IMG/VR virus record: IMGVR_UViG_3300044512_000217
Coordinates: 1 to 30,334 of that record
DNA: 30,334 nt
Strand: one strand, 5' to 3'
Source of the DNA: a virus
Taxonomy: Duplodnaviria; Caudoviricetes
The notes below the pieces were generated by a model. It was not told where the DNA came from. It made no database searches and worked only from the letters and a program-made list of their open reading frames with translations. Made by a program: the position numbers and the translations under genes. Below, one piece after another: positions 26,515 to 30,334 of this stretch (the stretch's first letter is position 1; the number at the start of each line of letters is the position of its first letter).

Positions 26515-27227
26515 TGTCCGTATCCTCGTAAGGCTGCCCATGAAGTAGGGAACAGTTCCATCATCTTGTCACTGATATGTGAGGCTACCTCACGTGACTC
26601 TGCTTGTGTGTCAGGCATACCACGTAGACGACACATATCTGCAAAGGCATCTAATGAACCTGACCAGTACCACTCAGTCATCATAGACTGTGGCAATACC
26701 ATACGTGCTTGCTCTGGACATACACCATCTTTTAGTAAGTCCTTGTAAATTTTAAGTGAGTGGTTGTACGTATCCCAATCAGACACAAACGTCTGAACAG
26801 TACCCTCACTACCCTGCTTCTTGTCTTTACTGCGCCCACGCCACTGATCAGGTAAATAGAACTCAGGTTCATCATCCACATAACGACGAGACACTTCGTT
26901 CCAACGTAGGAACTTATGCTTGACTAACTGACGTGCAACAAAGACAGGAGCCTTGATGTGGAAGGATGCAAAGCAATGTCCGAAGGGGCTGATATGTTTG
27001 TGCTTGGCTAGGTATGCAATCAGTCTACAATCTTTAGCTGACAATGCCTTAGCCTCTGGTGCACCATTAAATACGACATCACCATCAGACTTGACACGTA
27101 TACGTTCTGTAGCTGCACCATTGTGTACTCTGGGTAGCCAGTCAGACTTCTTACCGAAGGATACCCTTGCTGCATTCACCACAGATAGGTCACTACCCAT
27201 GTGGTCAATGTATGTAACTTCAATCAT
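26511..27227 (-). CDS. thyX: Flavin-dependent thymidylate synthase ThyX
   Basis: MGSDLSVVNAARVS, H.SPF, PVFVARQLVKH...WNEVSRRY, PEQARMVLP motifs; start at ATG 27227. Confidence 0.92.
   Translation of the reverse strand: MIEVTYIDHMGSDLSVVNAARVSFGKKSDWLPRVHNGAATERIRVKSDGDVVFNGAPEAKALSAKDCRLIAYLAKHKHISPFGHCFASFHIKAPVFVARQLVKHKFLRWNEVSRRYVDDEPEFYLPDQWRGRSKDKKQGSEGTVQTFVSDWDTYNHSLKIYKDLLKDGVCPEQARMVLPQSMMTEWYWSGSLDAFADMCRLRGMPDTQAESREVASHISDKMMELFPTSWAALRGYGQ
27060..27122. repeat. 9-bp direct repeat TGCACCATT (27060-27068 and 27114-27122) bounding a 54-bp in-frame segment of thyX
   Basis: Read directly from the sequence; encodes NGA...NGA on the - strand. Confidence 0.8.
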
Positions 27228-27342
27228 CTTGTTTCCCTTTGAATCTATGTTTAAAGAACACGATAACATTTATCATGGTGTTGATTGTTACCATTAATAT
27301 AATCCACCACTGCCACCATACAAGACCACCAACCTCAAACAT
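27220..27342 (-). CDS. 40-aa Trp-rich membrane protein (MFEVGGLVWWQWWIILMVTINTMINVIVFFKHRFKGKQDD)
   Basis: Translated by hand; TAATG coupled to the upstream gene and overlaps the thyX start. Confidence 0.7.
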   Translation of the reverse strand: MFEVGGLVWWQWWIILMVTINTMINVIVFFKHRFKGKQDD

Positions 27343-27527
27343 TAGTTTAGCTTTTCTTTATCGAAAGTCAACTCGACTAACATAGCTGTGTTCCAGTTGT
27401 CTGCCTCTTCCTGTGCTTCCTCTACCGTTTCAAAGCATAGTGGTTCATCATGTATTGTAAAGGGATTGTTACCTGACACATACATCAGATCACCGTCTAC
27501 GTTTATCATCACTGCATACTTTTTCAA
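27342..27527 (-). CDS. Hypothetical protein
   Basis: 61 aa, TTG start, FETVEEAQEEA motif common in small phage proteins. Confidence 0.65.
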   Translation of the reverse strand: MKKYAVMINVDGDLMYVSGNNPFTIHDEPLCFETVEEAQEEADNWNTAMLVELTFDKEKLN

Positions 27528-27541
27528 TTTACTATCCCATT

Positions 27542-27569
27542 AAAAAGGACAGGGCCGTGAAGCCCTGCC
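27542..27569 (-). terminator. Rho-independent terminator after ssb
   Basis: On the - strand: GGCAGGGC-TTCACG-GCCCTGTC-C-TTTTT. Confidence 0.8.
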
Positions 27570-27585
27570 AAGTTGGAGAGGAGAA

Positions 27586-28083
27586 CTATGCTGCTTCAAT
27601 CTCGTCATCATCACGTTCAGGGATTGGAACGTGTTCCAGAATTTTGATAGAAACAAGACTTGTACGTGAGTACGTCTTGCCATCGCCACCCTGAAAGGTT
27701 GTGATCAAGTTTGTCACAGCCGCCATGGAACCGTTACCGATACCACCGTTGATATCTGCATCCCAGACCTGACCATCAGAGTCAGTAACCTTAGGAGCAC
27801 CACCAGCCTGTGGAATCTCACGACCATCCTTTGTCACGACGAGGTGCTTACGTTCGAACTTAACAACAAGTTCACCATCCATCAGACGTTTCTGATTAGG
27901 CTTTTTCTGTGTACCTGCTGCTTTTAGTTTCTCGTACTCAGACTTGTCGAGAATCTGATTAACGGTATACGCACCGTTACACTCTTCGTATGCACCCTCA
28001 TAACCTGTCATGTCACGAGTGTTCTCGAAGATTTTAGCCCATTCGATTGGGCCTGTAGTAGTTACTTCTTTGTATTTAGCCAA
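27586..28083 (-). CDS. ssb: Single-stranded DNA-binding protein (T7 gp2.5-like)
   Basis: TTG start at 28083 behind AAGGAG; G...WAKI, P.V.D..G and IGNGS motifs; acidic C-terminal tail; next to the polymerase. Confidence 0.75.
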   Translation of the reverse strand: MAKYKEVTTTGPIEWAKIFENTRDMTGYEGAYEECNGAYTVNQILDKSEYEKLKAAGTQKKPNQKRLMDGELVVKFERKHLVVTKDGREIPQAGGAPKVTDSDGQVWDADINGGIGNGSMAAVTNLITTFQGGDGKTYSRTSLVSIKILEHVPIPERDDDEIEAA

Positions 28084-28116
28084 CGGTAATCTCCTTTCTT
28101 GGCTGCTTCTAGATTG

Positions 28117-28145
28117 CATATAGCAACTATTAGGTTAATTGTCAA
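28117..28145 (-). promoter_or_regulatory. Sigma70-type promoter for ssb
   Basis: On the - strand: T-tract, TTGACA, 17 nt, TATATG. Confidence 0.6.
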
Positions 28146-28183
28146 GCAAAAAATGACAGGGAATAAAGAAATAATCCAGATCA

Positions 28184-29212
28184 TTAGTGGGTGTCTCTCC
28201 AATTCCTACCGATGTCTGTCGATCCTGCGAGGGGGCAGATCATGTTGAAGTTCTTACCAGTGTCAACGATTGCCTGACGTTGTATCTCACCCAAGAGTTC
28301 AGCATCACGCATCGTACCTGTCACCTCTGTCTGCCATTCATCATGGGGCCATGTGACTAGCTTGAAGTCAATCCACTGTCTCTTCGCACGGTGTACCCAC
28401 TGAAGGGCTGCATGTTTCATGATGACAGACTCACCATTCTGTAACATACCTGCCAAGGTCTTATGTGCATTAGGTACCTTGACCTTACGTCCGTCAAGAC
28501 CCTTGAACCAACCACGACTAGCGATCTCAGGTATACGTTTCTTCTTCAGCTTGGATAGACCTTCGATAGATTCCATGAAGTTATCCACCGCCTGACCTGC
28601 TTCTCTCTGGTTTACCTTGAGTATCTGTGCAATCTTGGCGTTACCCGCACCAAGTAGGAATGCATAGATGAATGTCTTCGCCATGTCACGTGTGATGTGT
28701 GACATACCTAGAGCCTTGCGGTTCAGGTTGTGGATGTCAGTCTCGTCTTCCTTCTTACCTGACACAATAGCATGGACATATTCCTCTGACCGCATGAGGT
28801 GTGCAAGTACACGTAACTGGATACCCTCAGCGTCTGTGCCTACTAGATAGGAAAAGGGTGGGACACACCACAATGCACGGAACTGACCGTCATACTTAGC
28901 CTTCACCTTCTCCACTTCTGTCTTCGGTTCACCGTGGAACTCAGCGGGGATGTTAGCCTGATTAGGGTTGCGGTGAGACATACGACCTGTCCATGCACCA
29001 ATGTGTGCAAAGCTACCGTGAATACGTGAATCGTCACCACAGTGGCCTAGCCACTCCACCAGTGAGGATCGGCGTCCTTCAAGGGTCAACCACTCTGCTA
29101 GACGTTTACCGCCTCTGGGTGCTGTCTCAGGCAGTGTGCTAAGGTTTGCCTCTGAGAGTGTCCACCCGTACTTGGCAAACTTAGCCCCACGATCTAGCTT
29201 GTTCTCTGTCAT
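28184..29212 (-). CDS. polA: DNA polymerase family A, C-terminal part (distal thumb, palm, fingers)
   Basis: TGRMSH..PN.ANIP, motif A GTDAEGIQLR, motif B RDMAKTFIYAFLLG, motif C HDE. Probable ATG at 29212 behind AAAGGA. Confidence 0.9.
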   Translation of the reverse strand: MTENKLDRGAKFAKYGWTLSEANLSTLPETAPRGGKRLAEWLTLEGRRSSLVEWLGHCGDDSRIHGSFAHIGAWTGRMSHRNPNQANIPAEFHGEPKTEVEKVKAKYDGQFRALWCVPPFSYLVGTDAEGIQLRVLAHLMRSEEYVHAIVSGKKEDETDIHNLNRKALGMSHITRDMAKTFIYAFLLGAGNAKIAQILKVNQREAGQAVDNFMESIEGLSKLKKKRIPEIASRGWFKGLDGRKVKVPNAHKTLAGMLQNGESVIMKHAALQWVHRAKRQWIDFKLVTWPHDEWQTEVTGTMRDAELLGEIQRQAIVDTGKNFNMICPLAGSTDIGRNWRDTH

Positions 29213-30080
29213 ACTCAATGTGTCCTTTCGTTTTCTCGAACGGCTCCCACCCAGCTTCCCACAGTCTTTCGATGCGTTGCTTAGGTGAGGCAGGATTGAA
29301 TGGGATGTACTCATAGCACACTAATTCGTTTGGGTCAACTGATTTGTCGAGTGCCGTTGCAAAATATTTCTCTTGTGCTTTGGTGACACTAGAGAATAAA
29401 CTACCATCGGCTTTCCGTCTGTACTTGATACGATTGACTTCTGTAAGTTTAGGCGGGAAGTCTTCTTGAAAACTCTGTTCAAGGTCTTCCATTCTTGTTT
29501 GTATTTCACCAAGTAATTCCTCTGCTTTGTCCTGATCGAAGTAGAATCCGTTGTCATGCATCTGTTCACACAGGATTTGTATGTCATGTTCACAACGTAA
29601 AGACTCTTCCCAATCAGGAGATTGTATGACGTTCTTAAAGTGTTGGTACACCTTGACGGTAACGGTTACGTCCTGTTGACAATACTCTACCATCTCGTCT
29701 GACAGTTTACTGAAGTCATTGAACCCGATCTTGAAGTCACCCAGACGTTTACCCCATGCCTTGAGGCTGTGACCTGCACCATCTAGGGTGTAGTCCACTA
29801 GGCGTGAGACAACCAAGGTGTCGATTACTTTCTGTGGATCAATCACCTGACCCAACAGTTTGTTGATCACTGGTACATCAAAGCCAAGACCATTATGAAA
29901 AACAAAACTGCTATAATTATTGCAGTATTCAACAAAGCGATCCCTTTCTTCTGGTATACTGGTTACGTTCAGGAACTGTTCTTGTTCCCCTGTATCGACA
30001 TCCTCAGCACAGATAACCCAGATGTGTTCTGGTGTTAGGCTCTCTGTTTCAATGTCCATTGCTACTGTTCTAGTCATCAT
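29181..30080 (-). CDS. polA: DNA polymerase family A, N-terminal part (3'-5' exonuclease and proximal thumb)
   Basis: ExoI DIET, ExoII HNGLGFD, HSLKAWG, ExoIII YCQQDV, NGFYFD and FNPAS motifs; ends at TAA 29181. Confidence 0.9.
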   Translation of the reverse strand: MMTRTVAMDIETESLTPEHIWVICAEDVDTGEQEQFLNVTSIPEERDRFVEYCNNYSSFVFHNGLGFDVPVINKLLGQVIDPQKVIDTLVVSRLVDYTLDGAGHSLKAWGKRLGDFKIGFNDFSKLSDEMVEYCQQDVTVTVKVYQHFKNVIQSPDWEESLRCEHDIQILCEQMHDNGFYFDQDKAEELLGEIQTRMEDLEQSFQEDFPPKLTEVNRIKYRRKADGSLFSSVTKAQEKYFATALDKSVDPNELVCYEYIPFNPASPKQRIERLWEAGWEPFEKTKGHIEYDREQARSWG

Positions 30081-30276
30081 CTGCTCCGAATAGATCATGC
30101 CAGATAAACTTGATTACAGTCCAAGGCCATATCAAACTGTGCATTCTTGCACGGCTAGGGTTTAGTTCATCCTCTCTACCTAAGAGGTGAAAGATTGTAG
30201 CCACGTGTATGTAGTGCAGGTATGCGCCTAGGAAATACAACACCGCTGCGGATGTTGCTATGTAATCAAAAGTCAT
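30070..30276 (-). CDS. Hypothetical membrane protein
   Basis: 68 aa, hydrophobic, WPW motif; overlaps both neighbours. Confidence 0.65.
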   Translation of the reverse strand: MTFDYIATSAAVLYFLGAYLHYIHVATIFHLLGREDELNPSRARMHSLIWPWTVIKFIWHDLFGADDD

Positions 30277-30334
30277 CTGGTTTCTCGCTTAATGTAAAGG
30301 TGGATGGGTTGAACTTCAGTTGTCCTGCATACCC
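30266..30334 (-). CDS. C-terminus of primase/helicase (partial)
   Basis: Translates to GYAGQLKFNPSTFTLSEKPDDF*, resembling the end of T7 gp4-like helicases; upstream of polA. Confidence 0.55.
   Translation of the reverse strand, partial: GYAGQLKFNPSTFTLSEKPDDF

Noticed and set aside
26953-27297. 114-aa + strand ORF opposite thyX
   Set aside because: Antisense shadow of thyX and the micro-ORF, with no independent support.
1-30334. CRISPR array, tRNA, integrase/att site or diversity-generating retroelement
   Set aside because: Almost the whole window is coding; no spaced repeats, cloverleaf, recombinase or reverse transcriptase seen.

Overview
This window is a 30 kb piece of a lytic, T7-supergroup-like marine podophage genome. 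Its gene content and order fit the SIO1/cobavirus type (Zobellviridae-like, probably infecting Rhodobacteraceae); that placement is inferred, not database-verified. Two convergent arms meet at 21486/21487. The + arm carries the end of a tail fibre with an intramolecular chaperone, TerL, an AT-rich free-standing HNH-like endonuclease, portal, scaffold, major capsid, tail adaptor and nozzle, a GNAT acetyltransferase, three internal virion proteins, a lambda-type lysozyme, a u-spanin, small membrane proteins and a cluster of very basic mini-proteins. The - arm carries the end of a primase/helicase, a family A DNA polymerase split into two overlapping ORFs, SSB, ThyX, a 5'-3' exonuclease, endonuclease I, MazG, a class II (B12-dependent) RNR, glutaredoxin and a DUF3310-like protein. 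No RNA polymerase, tRNA, CRISPR array or integrase is visible; transcription appears to use host sigma70-type promoters. The most notable oddities are: the split PolA with paired active-site substitutions (E710Q and Y766L equivalents), a 54-bp tail-fibre-like insertion in thyX bounded by a 9-bp direct repeat, window-wide over-representation of TGTCA/TGACA, several unannotated translationally coupled micro-ORFs, and the basic mini-protein cluster.
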